A stretch of 64,000 nucleotides of DNA from Eledone cirrhosa (GCA_964016885.1 OZ024742.1:185008001-185072000), one strand, 5' to 3'. Positions 1-13,400 are shown, counted from the stretch's first letter. Program-made: numbers and translations. Notes: generated from the sequence alone by a model not told the origin.

Positions 1-770
1 CGGGTTTAAGTTAAGTTGGGGTTAAGTTAAGTTGGGGTCAAGTTAAGTTGGGGTTAAGTTAAGTTGGGGTTAAGTTAAGTTGGGGTTAAGTTAAGTCGGG
101 GTTAAGTTAAGTTGGGGTTAAGTTAAGTTGGGGTTAAGTTAAGTTGGGGTCAAGTTAAGTTGGGGTTAAGTTAAGTTGGGGTTCAGTTAAGTTGGGGTTA
201 AGTTAAGTCGCGGTTAAGTTAAGTTGGGGTTAAGTTAAGATGGGGTTAAGTTAAGTTGTGGTTAAGTTAAGTTGGGGTTAAGATAAGTTGGGGTTAAGTT
301 AAGTTGCGGTTGAGTTAAGTTGGGGTTGAGTTAATTGGGGTTAAGTTAAGTTGGGGTTAACTTAAGTTGGGTTTAAGTTAAGTTGGGGTTAAGTTAAGTT
401 GGGGTTAAATTAAGTTGGGGTTATGATAAGTTGGGGTTAAGTTAAGTCGGGGTTAAGTTATGTCGGGGTTAAGTTAAGTTGGGGTTAAGTTAACTTGGTG
501 TTAAGTTAAGTTGGGGTTCAGTTAAGTTGGGGTTGAGTTAAGTTGGGGGTCAAGTTAAGTTGGGGTTAAGCTAAGTTGGGGTTAAGTTAAGTTGGGGTTA
601 AGTTAAGTTGGGGTTAATTTAAGTTTTGGTTAAGTTAAGTTGGGGCTGAGTTAAGTTGGCGTCAAGTTAAGTTGGGGTTGAGTTAAGAAGGGGTTAAGTT
701 AACTTGGGGTTAAGTTAACTTGGGGTTAAGTTAAGTTGGGGTTAAGTTAAGTTGGGGTTAAGTTAAGTTG

Positions 771-3680
771 TGGTTAAGTTAAGTTGGGGCTGAGTTAAGT
801 TGGGGTCAAGTTAAGTTGGGGTTTAGTTAAGTTGGGGTTAAGTTAACTTGGGGTTAATTTAAGTTGGGGTTAAGTCAAATTGGGTTTGAGTTAAGTTAGG
901 GTTAAGTTACGTTGGGGTTAAGTTAAGTTGGGGTTAAGTTAAGTTGGGGTTAAGTTAAGTTGGGGTTAAGTTAAGTTGAGGTTAAGTTAAGTTGGGTTTA
1001 AATTCAGTTGGGGTTAAGTTAAGTTGGGGTTAAGTTAAGTTGGGGATAAGTTAAGTTGAGTTTAAGTTAAGTTGGAGTTAATTTAAGTTGAGGTTAAGTT
1101 AAGTTGTGGTTAAGTTAAGTTGGGGTTAAGTTAAGTTGGGGTTAAGTTAAGTTGGGGTTCAGTTAAGTTGGGGTTAAGTTAAGTAGGGGTTAAGTTGGCG
1201 TTAAATTAAGTTGGGGTTAAGTTAAGTTGGGGTTAAGTTAAGTTGGGGTTAAGTTAAGTTGGGGTTAAGTTAAGTTGGGGTTAAGATAAGTTGGGGTTAA
1301 GATAAGTTGGGGTTAAGTTAAGTTGGGGTTGAGTTAAGTTGGGGTTGAGTTAATTGGGGTTAAGTTAAGTTGGGGTTAACTTAAGTTGGGTTTAAGTTAA
1401 GTTGGGGTTAAGTTAAGTTGGGGTTAAATTAAGTTGGGGTTAAGATAAGTTGGGGTTAAGTTAAGTCGGGGTTAAGTTAAGTCGGGGTTAAGTTAAGTTG
1501 GGGTTAAGTTAACTTGGTGTTAAGTTAAGTTGGGGCTCAGTTAAGTTGGGGTTGAGTTAAGTTGGGGTCAAGTTAAGTTGGGACTAAGCTAAGTTGGGGT
1601 TAAGTTAAGTTGGGGTTAAGTTAAGTTAGGGTTAAGTTAAGCTTGGGTTAAGTTAAGTTGGGGTTGAGTTAATTTGGGGTTGAGTTAAGTTGGGGTTGAG
1701 TTAAGTTGGGGTTGAGTTAAGTTGGGGTTAAGTTAAGTTGGGGTTAACTTAAGTTGGGGTTAAGTTAAGTTGGGGTCAATTTAAGTTGAGGTTAAGTTAA
1801 CTTGGGATTAAGTTAAGTTGGGGTTAACTTAAATTGAGGTTAAGTTAAGTTGGGGTTAAGTTAAGTTGGGGGTAAGTTAAGTTGGGGGTAAGTTAAGTTA
1901 GGGTTAAGTTGGGGTTAAGTTAAGTTAGGGTTACGTTACGTTGGGGTTGAGTTAAGTTGGGGTTAATTTAAATTGGGGTTAAGTTAACTTTGTGGTTAAG
2001 TTAAGTTGGGGTTAAGTTAAGTTGAGGTTAAGTTAAGTTGAGGTTAAGTTAAGTTGGGGTTAAGTTAAGTTGGGGTTAAATTAAGCTGGGTTGAAGTTAA
2101 GTTGGGGTTAAGTTAAGTTGGGGTTAAGTTAAGTTGGGGTTAAGTTAAGTTGGGGTTAAGTTAAGTCGGGGTTAAGTTAATTTGGGGTTCAGTTAAGTTG
2201 GGGTTAAGTTAAGTTGGGGCTTAGTTAAGTTGGGGTTAAGTTAAGTTGTGGTTAAGTTAAGTTGGGGTTAAGTTAAGTCGGGGTTAAGTTAAGTCGGGGT
2301 TAAGTTAAGTTGGGGTTTAGTTAAGTTAGGGATAAGCTAAGTTGGCGTTAAATTAAGTTGGGGTTAAGTTAAGTTGGGGTTAAGTTAAGTTGTGGTTAAG
2401 TTAAGTTGGGGCTGAGTTAAGTTGGGGTCAAGTTAAGTTGGGGTTTAGTTAAGTTGGGGTTAAGTTAACTTGGGGTTAATTTAAGTTGGGGTTAAGTCAA
2501 ATTGGGTTTGAGTTAAGTTAGGGTTAAGTTAAGTTGTGGTTAAGTTAAGTTGGGGTTAAGTTAAGTTGGGGTTAAGTTAAGTTGGGGTTAAATTAAGCTG
2601 GGTTTAAGTTAAGTTGGGGTTAAGTTAAGTTGGGGTTAAGTTAAGTTGGGGTTAAGTTAAGTTGAGGTTAAGTTAAGTTGGGGTTAAATTCAGTTGGGGT
2701 TAAGTTAAGTTGGGGTTAAGTTAAGTTGGGGATAAGTTAAGTTGAGTTTAAGTTAAGTTGGAGTTAATTTAAGTTGAGGTTAAGTTAAGTTGTGGTTAAG
2801 TTAAGTTGGGGTTAAGTTAAGTTGGGGTTAAGTTAAGTTGGGGTTCAGTTAAGTTGGGGTTAAGTTAAGTAGGGGTTAAGTTGGCGTTAAATTAAGTTGG
2901 GGTTAAGTTAAGTTGGGGTTAAGTTAAGTTGGGGTTAAGTTAAGTTGGGGTTAAGTTAAGTTGGGGTTAAGTTAAGTTGGGGTTAAGATAAGTTGGGGTT
3001 AAGATAAGTTGGGGTTAAGTTAAGTTGGGGTTGAGTTAAGTTGGGGTTGAGTTAATTGGGGTTAAGTTAAGTTGGGGTTAACTTAAGTTGGGTTTAAGTT
3101 AAGTTGGGGTTAAGTTAAGTTGGGGTTAAATTAAGTTGGGGTTAAGATAAGTTGGGGTTAAGTTAAGTCGGGGTTAAGTTAAGTCGGGGTTAAGTTAAGT
3201 TGGGGTTAAGTTAACTTGGTGTTAAGTTAAGTTGGGGCTTAGTTAAGTTGGGGTTGAGTTAAGTTGGGGTCAAGTTAAGTTGGGACTAAGCTAAGTTGGG
3301 GTTAAGTTAAGTTGGGGTTAAGTTAAGTTGGCGCTAAGTTAATTGAAGGTTAAGTTAAGTTGGGGTTGAGTTAAGTTGGGGTTAAGTTAAGTTGGGGTTA
3401 AGTTAAGTTAGGGTTAAGTTAAGCTTGGGTTAAGTTAAGTTGGGGTTGAGTTAATTTGGGGTTGAGTTAAGTTGGGGTTGAGTTAAGTTGGGGTTGAGTT
3501 AAGTTGGGGTTAAGTTAAGTTGGGGTTAACTTAAGTTGGGGTTAAGTTAAGTTGGGGTCAATTTAAGTTGAGGTTAAGTTAACTTGGGATTAAGTTAAGT
3601 TGGGGTTAACTTAAATTGAGGTTAAGTTAAGTTGGGGTTAAGTTAAGTTGGGGGTAAGTTAAGTTGGGGGTAAGTTACGT
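771..3680 (+). repeat. Degenerate tandem duplication of ~1.6-1.8 kb
   Basis: tcaaattggg at 876/2498 (offset 1,622), agtaggggttaagttggcg at 1199/2885 (1,686) and gcttggg at 1641/3423 (1,782). The offset steps by 64 and 96 bp. Confidence 0.75.
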
Positions 3681-6099
3681 TGGGGTTGAGTTAAGTTGGG
3701 GTTAAGTTAAGTTGGGGTTAAGTTAAGTTGGGGTTAAGTTAAGTCGGGGTTAAGTTAATTTGGGGTTCAGTTAAGTTGGGGTTAAGTTAAGTTGGGGCTG
3801 AGTTAAGTTGGGGTCAAGTTAAGTTGGGGTTGAGTTAAGTTGGGGTTAAGTTAACTTGGGGTTAATTTAAGTTGGGGTTAAGTCAAATTGGGTTTGAGTT
3901 AAGTTAGGGTTAAGTTAAGTTGGGGTTAAGTTAAGTTGGGGTTAAGTTAAGTTGGGGTTAAGTTAAGTTGGGGTTAAATTAAGCTGGGTTTAAGTTAAGT
4001 TGGGGTTAAGTTAAGTTGGGGTTAAGTTAAGTTGGGGTTAAGTTAAGTTGAGGTTAAGTTAAGTTGGGGTTAAATTCAGTTGGGGTTAAGTTAAGTTGGG
4101 GTTAAGTTAAGTTGGGGATAAGTTAAGTTGAGTTTAAGTTAAGTTGGAGTTAATTTAAGTTGAGGTTAAGTTAAGTTGTGGTTAAGTTAAGTTGGGTTAA
4201 GTTAAGTTGGGGTTAAGTTAAGTTGGGGTTCAGTTAAGTTGGGGTTAAGTTAAGTAGGGGTTAAGTTGGGGTTAAATTAAGTTGGGGTTAAGTTAAGTTG
4301 GGGTTAAGTTAAGTTGGGGTTAAGTTAAGTTGGGGTTAAGTTAAGTTGGGGTTGAGTTAAGTTGGGGTTAATTTAAGTCGGGGTTAAGTTAAGTCGGGGT
4401 TACGTTAAGTCGGGGTTAAGTTAAGTTGTGGTTAAGTTAAGTTGGGGTTAAGTTAAGTTGGGGTTAAGTTAAGTTAGGGATAAGCTAAGTTGGCGTTAAG
4501 TTAAGTTGGGGTTAAGTTAAGTTGGGGTTAAGTTAAGTTGAGGTTAAGTTAAGTTGGGGTTAAATTCAGTTGGGGTTAACTTAAGTTGGGGTTAAGTTAA
4601 GTTGGGGTTAAGTTAAGTTGAGTTTAAGTTAAGTTGGAGTTAATTTAAGTTGAGGTTAAGTTAAGTTGTGGTAAAGTTAAGTTGGGGTTAAGTTAAGTTG
4701 GGGTTAAGTTAAGTTGGGGTTCAGTTAAGTTGGGGTTAAGTTAAGTAGGGGTTCAGTTGGGGTTAAATTAAGTTGGGGTTAAGTTAAGTTGGGGTTAAGT
4801 TAAGTTGGGGTTAAGTTAAGTTGGGGTTAAGTTAAGTTGGGGTTAAGTTAAGTTGGGGTTGAGTTAAGTTGGGGTTAAGTTAAGTCGGGGTTAAGTTAAG
4901 TTGGGGTTAAGTTAAGTTGGGGTTAAGTTAAGTTGGGGTTAAGTTAAGTTGGGGTTGAGTTAAGTTGGGGTTAAGTTAAGTTGGGGTTGAGTTAAGTTGG
5001 GGTTGAGTTAATTTGGGGTTAAGTTAAGTTGGGGTTAACTTAAGTTGGGGTTAAGTTAAGTTGGCGTTCAGTTAAGTTGCGGTTAAGTTAAGTTGGGGTT
5101 AACTTAAGTCGGGTTTAAGTTAAGTTGGGGTTAAGTTAAGTTGGGGTCAAGTTAAGTTGGGGTTAAGTTAAGTTGGGGTTAAGTTAAGTTGGGGTTAAGT
5201 TAAGTCGGGGTTACGTTAAGTTGGGGTTAAGTTAAGTTGGGGTTAAGTTAAGTTGGGGTCAAGTTAAGTTGGGGTTAAGTTAAGTTGGGGTTAAGTTAAG
5301 TTGGGGTTAAGTTAAGTCGCGGTTAAGTTAAGTTGGGGTTAAGTTAAGATGGGGTTAAGTTAAGTTGTGGTTAAGTTAAGTTGGGGTTAAGATAAGTTGG
5401 GGTTAAGTTAAGTTGCGGTTGAGTTAAGTTGGGGTTGAGTTAATTGGGGTTAAGTTAAGTTGGGGTTAACTTAAGTTGGGTTTAAGTTAAGTTGGGGTTA
5501 AGTTAAGTTGGGGTTAAATTAAGTTGGGGTTATGATAAGTTGGGGTTAAGTTAAGTCGGGGTTAAGTTATGTCGGGGTTAAGTTAAGTTGGGGTTAAGTT
5601 AACTTGGTGTTAAGTTAAGTTGGGGTTCAGTTAAGTTGGGGTTGAGTTAAGTTGGGGGTCAAGTTAAGTTGGGGTTAAGCTAAGTTGGGGTTAAGTTAAG
5701 TTGGGGTTAAGTTAAGTTGCGGTTAAGTTAAGTTGGGGTTAACTTAAGTCGGGGTTAAGTTAAGTTGGGGTTAAGTTAAGTTGGGGTCAAGTTAAGTTGG
5801 GGTTAAGTTAAGTTGGGGTTAAGTTAAGTTGGGGTTAAGTTAAGTCGGGGTTAAGTTAAGTTGGGGTTAAGTTAAGTTGGGGTTAAGTTAAGTTGGGGTC
5901 AAGTTAAGTTGGGGTTAAGTTAAGTTGGGGTTAAGTTAAGTTGGGGTTAAGTTAAGTCGCGGTTAGTTAAGTTGGGGTTAAGTTAAGATGGGGTTAAGTT
6001 AAGTTGTGGTTAAGTTAAGTTGGGGTTAAGATAAGTTGGGGTTAAGTTAAGTTGCGGTTGAGTTATGTTAGGTTTGAGTTAATTGGGGTTAAGTTAAGT

Positions 6100-6490
6100 T
6101 GGGGCTAAGTTAAGTTGGGGCTAAGTTAAGTTGGGGCTAAGTTAAGTTGGGGTTAAGTTAAGGTGGGGTTTAGTTAAGTTGGGGTTGAGTTAAGTTGGGG
6201 TTGAGTTAAGTTGGGGTTAAGTTAAGTTGGGGTTAAGTTAAGTTAGGGTTAACTTAAGTTGGGGTTAAGTTAAGTTTAGGTTAACTTAAGTTGGGGTTAA
6301 GTTAAGTTGGGGTTAAGTTAAGTTGGGGCTAAGTTAAGTTGGGGCTAAGTTAAGTTGGGGCTAAGTTAAGTTGGGGTTAAGTTAAGGTGGGGTTTAGTTA
6401 AGTTGGGGTTGAGTTAAGTTGGGGTTGAGTTAAGTTAGGGTTAAGTTAAGTTGGGGTTAAGTTAAGTTAGGGTTAACTTAAGTTGGGGTT
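6100..6490 (+). repeat. 224-bp (14-monomer) internal duplication marked by (ggggctaag)x3 and aaggtggggttt
   Basis: aggtgggg at 6161 and 6385. The same pair recurs near 20.5, 24.9, 41.3 and 54.6 kb. Confidence 0.8.
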
Positions 6491-9400
6491 AAGTTAAGTT
6501 GGGGTTGAGTTAAGTTGGGGTTTAATTAAGTTGGGGTTGAGTTAAGTTGGGGTTGAGTTAAGTTGGGCTTGAGTTAAGTTGGGGTTGAGTTAAGTTGGGC
6601 TTATCTTAAGTTGGGGTTAATTTAAGATGGGGTTAAGTTAAGTTGGGGTTAAGTTAATTTGGGGTTAAGTTAAGTTGGGGTTAAGTTAAGTTGGGGTTAT
6701 GTTAAGTTGGGGTTAAGTTAAGTTGAGGTTAACTTAAGTTGGGGTTAAGTTAAGTTGGGGTTAAGTTAAGTTGGGGCTAAGTTAAGTTGGGGCTAAGTTA
6801 AGTTGGGGTTAAGTTAAGTTGGGGTTAAGTTAAGTTGGGGTCAACTTAAGTTGGGGCTAAGTTAAGTTGGGGTTAAGTTAAGTTGGGGCTAAGTTAAGTT
6901 GGAGTTAAGTTAAGTTGGGGTTAAATTAAGTTGGGGTCAACGTAAGTTGGGGTTAAGTTAAGTTGGGGTTAAGTTAATTTGGGGGTAAGTTATGTTGGGG
7001 TTAAGTTAAGTTGGGGTTAAGTTAAGTTGGGGTTAAGTTAAGTTGGGGCTGAGTTAAATTGGGGCTGTGTTAAGTTGGGGTTAAGTTAAGTTGGGGTTAA
7101 GTTAAGTTGGGGTTAAGTTAAGTTGGGGTTAAGTTGGGGTTAAATTAAGTTGGGGTTAATTTAAGTTGGGGTTAAGTTAAGTTGGGTTTAGGTTAAGTTG
7201 GGGTTGAGTTAAGTTGGGGTTAAGTTAAGTTGGGGTTAATTTAAGTTGGGGTTAAGTTAAGTTGGGGCTGAGTTAAGTTGGGGTTAAGTTAAGTTGGGGT
7301 TGAGTTAAGTTGGGGTTAAGTTAAGTTGGAGTTAAGTTAAGTCGGGATTAAGTTAAGTTGGGGTTAAGTTAAGTTGGGGTTAAGTTAAGTTGGGGTTAAG
7401 TTAAGTTGGGGTTAAGTTAAGTTGGGGTTAAGATAAGTTGGGGTTAAGTTAAGTTGGGGTTGAGTTAAGTTGGGGTTGAGTTAATTTGGGGTTAAGTTAA
7501 GTTGGGGTTAACTTAAGTTGGGGTTCAGTTAAGTTGGCGTTCAGTTAAGTTGCGGTGAAGTTAAGTTGGGGTTAACTTAAGTCGGGGTTAAGTTAAGTTG
7601 GGGTTAAGTTAAGTTGGGGTCAAGTTAAGTTGGGGTTAAGTTAAGTTGGGGTTATGTTAAGTTGGGGTTAAGTTAAGTTGGGGTTAAGTTAAGTCGGGGT
7701 TAAGTTAAGTTGGGGTTAAGTTAAGTTGGGGATAAGTTAAGTTGGGGTCAAGTTAAGTTGGGGTTAAGTTAAGTTGGGGTTAAGTTAAGTCGCGGTTAAT
7801 TTAAGTTGGGGTTAAGTTAAGATGGGGTTAAGTTAAGTTGGGGTTAAGTTAAGTTGGGGTTAAGATAAGTTGGGGTTAAGTTAAGTTGGGGTTGAGTTAA
7901 GTTGGGGTTGAGTTAATTGGGGTTAAGTTAAGTTGGGGTTAACTTAAGTTGGGTTTAAGTTAAGTTGGGGTTAAGTTAAGTTGGGGTTAAATTAAGTTGG
8001 GGTTAAGATAAGTTGGGGTTAAGTTAAGTCGGGGTTAAGTTAAGTCGGGGTTAAGTTAAGTTGGGGTTAAGTTAACTTGGTGTTAAGTTAAGTTGGGGCT
8101 CAGTTAAGTTGGGGTTGAGTTAAGTTGGGGTCAATTTAAGTTGGGACTAAGCTAAGTTGGGGTTAAGTTAAGTTGGGGTTAAGTTAAGTTGGCGCTAAGT
8201 TTAGTGAAGGTTAAGTTAAGTTGGGGTTGAGTTAAGTTGGGGTTAAGTTAAGTTGGGGTTAAGTTAAGTTAGGGTTAAGTTAAGCTTGGGTTAAGTTAAG
8301 TTGGGGTTGAGTTAATTTGGGGTTGAGTTAAGTTGGGGTTGAGTTAAGTTGGGGTTGAGTTAAGTTGGGGTTAAGTTAAGTTGGGGTTAACTTAAGTTGG
8401 TGTTAAGTTAAGTTGGGGTCAATTTAAGTTGAGGTTAAGTTAACTTGGGATTAAGTTAAGTTGGGGTTAACTTAAATTGAGGTTAAGATAAGTTGGGGTT
8501 AAGTTAAGTTGGGGGTAAGTTAAGTTGGGGGTAAGTTAAGTTTGGGTTAAGTTGGGGTTAAGTTAAGTTAGGGTTAAGTTACGTTGGGGTTGAGTTAAGT
8601 TGGGGTTAATTTAAATTGGGGTTAAGTTAACTTTGTGGTTCAGTTAAGTTGGGGTTAAGTTAAGTTGGGGCTTATTTAAGTTGGGGTTAAGTTAAGTTGT
8701 GGTTAAGTTAAGTTGGGGTTAAGTTAAGTTGGGGTTAAGTTAAGTTGGGGTTAAGTTAAGTTGGGGTTAAATTAAGCTGGGTTGAAGTTAAGTTGGGGTT
8801 AAGTTAAGTTGGGGTTAAGTTAAGTTGGGGTTAAGTTAAGTTGGGGTTAAGTTAAGTCGGGGTTAAGTTAATTTGAGGTTCAGTTAAGTTGGGGTTAAGT
8901 TAAGTTGGGGCTTATTTAAGTTGGGGTTAAGTTAAGTTGTGGTTAAGTTAAGTTGGGGTTAAGTTAAGTCGGGGTTAAGTTAAGTCGGGGTTAAGTTAAG
9001 TTGTGGTTAAGTTAAGTTGGGGTTAATTTAAGTTGGGGTTAAGTTAAGTTAGGGATAAGCTAAGTTGGCGTTAAGTTAAGTTGGGGTTAAGTTAAGTTGG
9101 GGTTAAGTTAAGTTGTGGTTAAGTTAAGTTGGGGCTGAGTTAAGTTGGGGTCAAGTTAAGTTGGGGTTGAGTTAAGTTGGGGTTAAGTTAACTTGGGGTT
9201 AATTTAAGTTGGGGTTAAGTCAAATTGGGTTTGAGTTAAGTTAGGGTTAAGTTAAGTTGGGGTTAAGTTAAGTTGGGGTTAAGTTAAGTTGGGGTTAAGT
9301 TAAGTTGGGGTTAAATTAAGCTGGGTTTAAGTTAAGTTGGGGTTAAGTTAAGTTGGGGTTAAGTTAAGTTGGGGTTAAGTTAAGTTGAGGTTAAGTTAGG

Positions 9401-10468
9401 TTGGGGTTAAATTCAGTTGGGGTTAAGTTAAGTTGGGGTTAAGTTAATTTGGGGATAAGTTAAGTTGAGTTTAAGTTAAGTTGGAGTTGATTTAAGTTGA
9501 GGTTAAGTTAAGTTGTGGTAAAGTTAAGTTGGGGTTAAGTTAAGTTGGGGTTAAGTTAAGTTGGGGTTCAGTTAAGTTGGGGTTAAGTTAAGTAGGGGTT
9601 CAGTTGGGGTTAAATTAATTTGGGGTTAAGTTAAGTTGGGGTTAAGTTAAGTTGGGGTTAAGTTAAGTTGGGGTTAAGTTAAGTTGGGGTTGAGTTAAGT
9701 TGGGGTTAAGTTAAGTCGGGGTTAAGTTAAGTTGGGGTTAAGTTAAGTTGGGGTTAAGTTAAGTTGGGGTTAAGTTAAGTTGGGGTTGAGTTAAGTTGGG
9801 GTTAAGTTAAGTTGGGTTTAAGTTAAGTTGGGGTTAAGTTAAGTTGGGGTTAAGTTAAGGTGGGGTTAAGTTAAGTTGGGGTTAAGTTAAGTCGGGGTTA
9901 AGTTAAGTTGGGGTGAAGTTAAGTTGGGGTTAAGTTAAGTTGGGGTTAAGTTAAGTTCGGGTTAAGATAAGTTGGGGTTAAGTTAAGTTGGGGTTGAGTT
10001 AAGTTGGGGTTGAGTTAATTTGGGGTTAAGTTAAGTTGGGGTTAACTTAAGTTGGGGTTAAGTTAAGTTGGCGTTCAGTTAAGTTGCGGTTAAGTTAAGT
10101 TGGGGTTAACTTAAGTCGGGTTTAAGTTAAGTTGGGGTTAAGTTAAGTTGGGGTCAAGTTAAGTTGGGGTTAAGTTAAGTTGGGGTTAAGTTAAGTTGGG
10201 GTTAAGTTAAGTCGGGGTTAAGTTAAGTTGGGGTTAAGTTAAGTTGGGGTTAAGTTAAGTTGGGGTCAAGTTAAGTTGGGGTTAAGTTAAGTTGGGGTTA
10301 AGTTAAGTTGGGGTTAAGTTAAGTCGCGGTTAAGTTAAGTTGGGGTTAAGTTAAGATGGGGTTAAGTTAAGTTGTGGTTAAGTTAAGTTGGGGTTAAGAT
10401 AAGTTGGGGTTAAGTTAAGTTGCGGTTGAGTTAAGTTGGGGTTGAGTTAATTGGGGTTAAGTTAAGTT

Positions 10469-13400
10469 GGGGTTAACTTAAGTTGGGTTTAAGTTAAGTT
10501 GGGGTTAAGTTAAGTTGGGGTTAAATTAAGTTGGGGTTATGATAAGTTGGGGTTAAGTTAAGTCGGGGTTAAGTTATGTCGGGGTTAAGTTAAGTTGGGG
10601 TTAAGTTAACTTGGTGTTAAGTTAAGTTGGGGTTCAGTTAAGTTGGGGTTGAGTTAAGTTGGGGGTCAAGTTAAGTTGGGGTTAAGCTAAGTTGGGGTTA
10701 AGTTAAGTTGGGGTTAAGTTAAGTTGGGGTTAATTTAAGTTTTGGTTAAGTTAAGTTGGGGCTGAGTTAAGTTGGGGTCAAGTTAAGTTGGGGTTGATTT
10801 AAGAAGGGGTTAAGTGAACTTGGGGTTAAGTTAACTTGGGGTTAAGTTAAGTTGGGGTTAAGTTAAGTTGGGGTTAAGTTAAGTTGGGGTTAAGATAAGT
10901 TGGGGTTAAGTTAAGTTGGGGTTGAGTTAAGTTGGGGTTGAGTTAATTTGGGGTTAAGTTAAGTTGGGGTTAACTTAAGTTGGGGTTCAGTTAAGTTGGC
11001 GTTCAGTTAAGTTGCGGTGAAGTTAAGTTGGGGTTAACTTAAGTCGGGGTTAAGTTAAGTTGGGGTTAATTTAAGTTGTGGTCAAGTTAAGTTGGGGTTA
11101 AGTTAAGTTGGGGTTATGTTAAGTTGGGGTTAAGTTAAGTTGGGGTTAAGTTAAGTCGGGGTTAAGTTAAGTTGGGGTTAAGTTAAGTTGCGGTTAAGTT
11201 GAGTTGGGGTCAAGTTAAGTTGGGGTTAAGTTAAGTTGGGGTTAAGTTAAGATGGGGTTAAGTTAAGTTGGGGTTAAGTTAAGTTGGGGTTAAGATAAGT
11301 TGGGGTTAAGTTAAGTTGGGGTTGAGTTAAGTTGGGGTTGAGTTAATTGGGGTTAAGTTAAGTTGGGGTTAACTTAAGTTGGGTTTAATTTAAGTTGGGG
11401 TTAAGTTAAGTTGGGGTTAAATTAAGTTGGGGTTAAGATAAGTTGGGGTTAAGTTAAGTCGGGGTTAAGTTAAGTCGGGTTTAAGTTAAGTTGGGGTTAA
11501 GTTAACGTGCTGTTAAGTTAAGTTGGGGCTCAGTTAAGTTGGGGTTGAGTTAAGTTGGGGTCAAGTTAAGTTGGGACTAAGCTAAGTTGGGGTTAAGTTA
11601 AGTTGGGGTTAAGTTAAGTTGGCGCTAAGTTAAGTGAAGGTTAAGTTAAGTCGGGGTTAAGTTAAGTTGGGGTTAAGTTAAGTTGGGGTTAAGTTAAGTT
11701 GGGGTCAAGTTAAGTTGGGGTTAAGTTAAGTTGGGGTTAAGTTAAGTCGCGGTTAAGTTAAGTTGGGGTTAAGTTAAGATGGGGTTAAGTTAAGTTGGGG
11801 TTAAGTTAAGTTGGGGTTAAGATAAGTTGGGGTTCAGTTAAGTTGGGGTTGAGTTAAGTTGGGGTTGAGTTAATTGGGGGTAAGTTAAGTTGGGGTAAGT
11901 TAAGTTTGGGTTAAGTTGGGGTTAAGTTAAGTTAGGGTTAAGTTACGTTGGGGTTGAGTTAAGTTGGGGTTAATTTAAATTGGGGTTAAGTTAACTTTGT
12001 GGTTAAGTTAAGTTGGGGTTAAGTTAAGTTGAGGTTAATTTAAGTTGAGGTTAAGTTAAGTTGGGGTTAAGTTAAGTTGGGGTTAAATTAAGCTGGGTTG
12101 AAGTTAAGTTGGGGTTAAGTTAAGTTGGGGTTAAGTTAAGTTGGGGTTAAGTTAAGTTGGGGTTAAGTTAAGTCGGGGTTAAGTTAATTTGGGGTTCAGT
12201 TAAGTTGGGGTTAAGTTAAGTTGGGGCTTATTGAAGTTGGGGTTAAGTTAAGTTGTGGTTAAGTTAAGTTGGGGTTAAGTTAAGTCGGGGTTAAGTTAAG
12301 TCGGGGTTAAGTTAAGTTGTGGTTAAGTTAAGTTGGGGTTAAGTTAAGTTGGGGTTGAGTTAAGTTAGGGATAAGCTAAGTTGGCTTTAAGTTAAGTTGG
12401 GGTTAAGTTAAGTTGGGGTTAAGTTAAGTTGTGGTTAAGTTAAGTTGGGGCTGAGTTAAGTTGGGGTCAAGTTAAGTTGGGGTTGAGTTAAGTTGGGGTT
12501 AAGTTAACTTGGGGTTAATTTAAGTTGGGGTTAAGTCAAATTGGGTTTGAGTTAAGTTAGGGTTAAGTTAAGTTGGGGTTAAGTTAAGTTGGGGTTAAGT
12601 TAAGTTGGGGTTAAGTTAAGTTGGGGTTAAATTAAGCTGGGTTTAAGTTAAGTTGGGGTTAAGTTAAGTTGGGGTTAAGTTAAGGTGGGGTTAAGTTAAG
12701 TTGAGGTTAAGTTAAGTTGGGGTTAAATTCAGTTGGGGTTAAGTTAAGTTGGGGTTAAGTTAAGTTGGGGATAAGTTAAGTTGAGTTTAAGTTAAGTTGG
12801 AGTTAATTTAAGTTGAGGTTAAGTTAAGTTGTGGTTAAGTTAAGTTGTGGTTAAGTTAAGTTGGGGTTAAGTTAAGTTGGGGTTCAGTTAAGTTGGGGTT
12901 ACGTTAAGTAGGGGTTAAGTTGGGGTTAAATTAAGTTGGGGTTAAGTTAAGTTGGGGTTAAGTTAAGTTGGGGTTAAGTTAAGTTGGGGTTAAGTTAAGT
13001 TGGGGTTAAGTTAAGTTGGGGTTGAGTTAAGTTGGGGTTAAGTTAAGTCGGGGTTAAGTTAAGTTGGGGTTAAGTTAAGTTGGGGTTAAGTTAAGATGGG
13101 GTTAAGTTAAGTTGGGGTTGAGTTAAGTTGGGGTTAAGTTAAGTTGGGTTTAAGTTAAGTTGGGGTTAAGTTAAGTTGGGGTTAAGTTAAGGTGGGGTTA
13201 AGTTAAGTTGGGGTTAAGTTAAGTCGGGGTTAAGTTAAGTTGGGGTTAAGTTAAGTTGGGGTTAAGTTAAGTTGGGGTTAAGATAAGTTGGGGTTAAGTT
13301 AAGTTGGGGTTGAGTTAAGTTGGGGTTAAGTTAAGTTGGCGTTCAGTTAAGTTGCGGTTAAGTTAAGATGGTGTTAACTTAAGTCGGGGTTAAGTTAAGT

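Noticed and set aside
890-905. Canonical TTAGGG telomere hexamers (here and scattered elsewhere)
   Set aside because: They are isolated G>A variants of TTGGGG and never form tandem runs.
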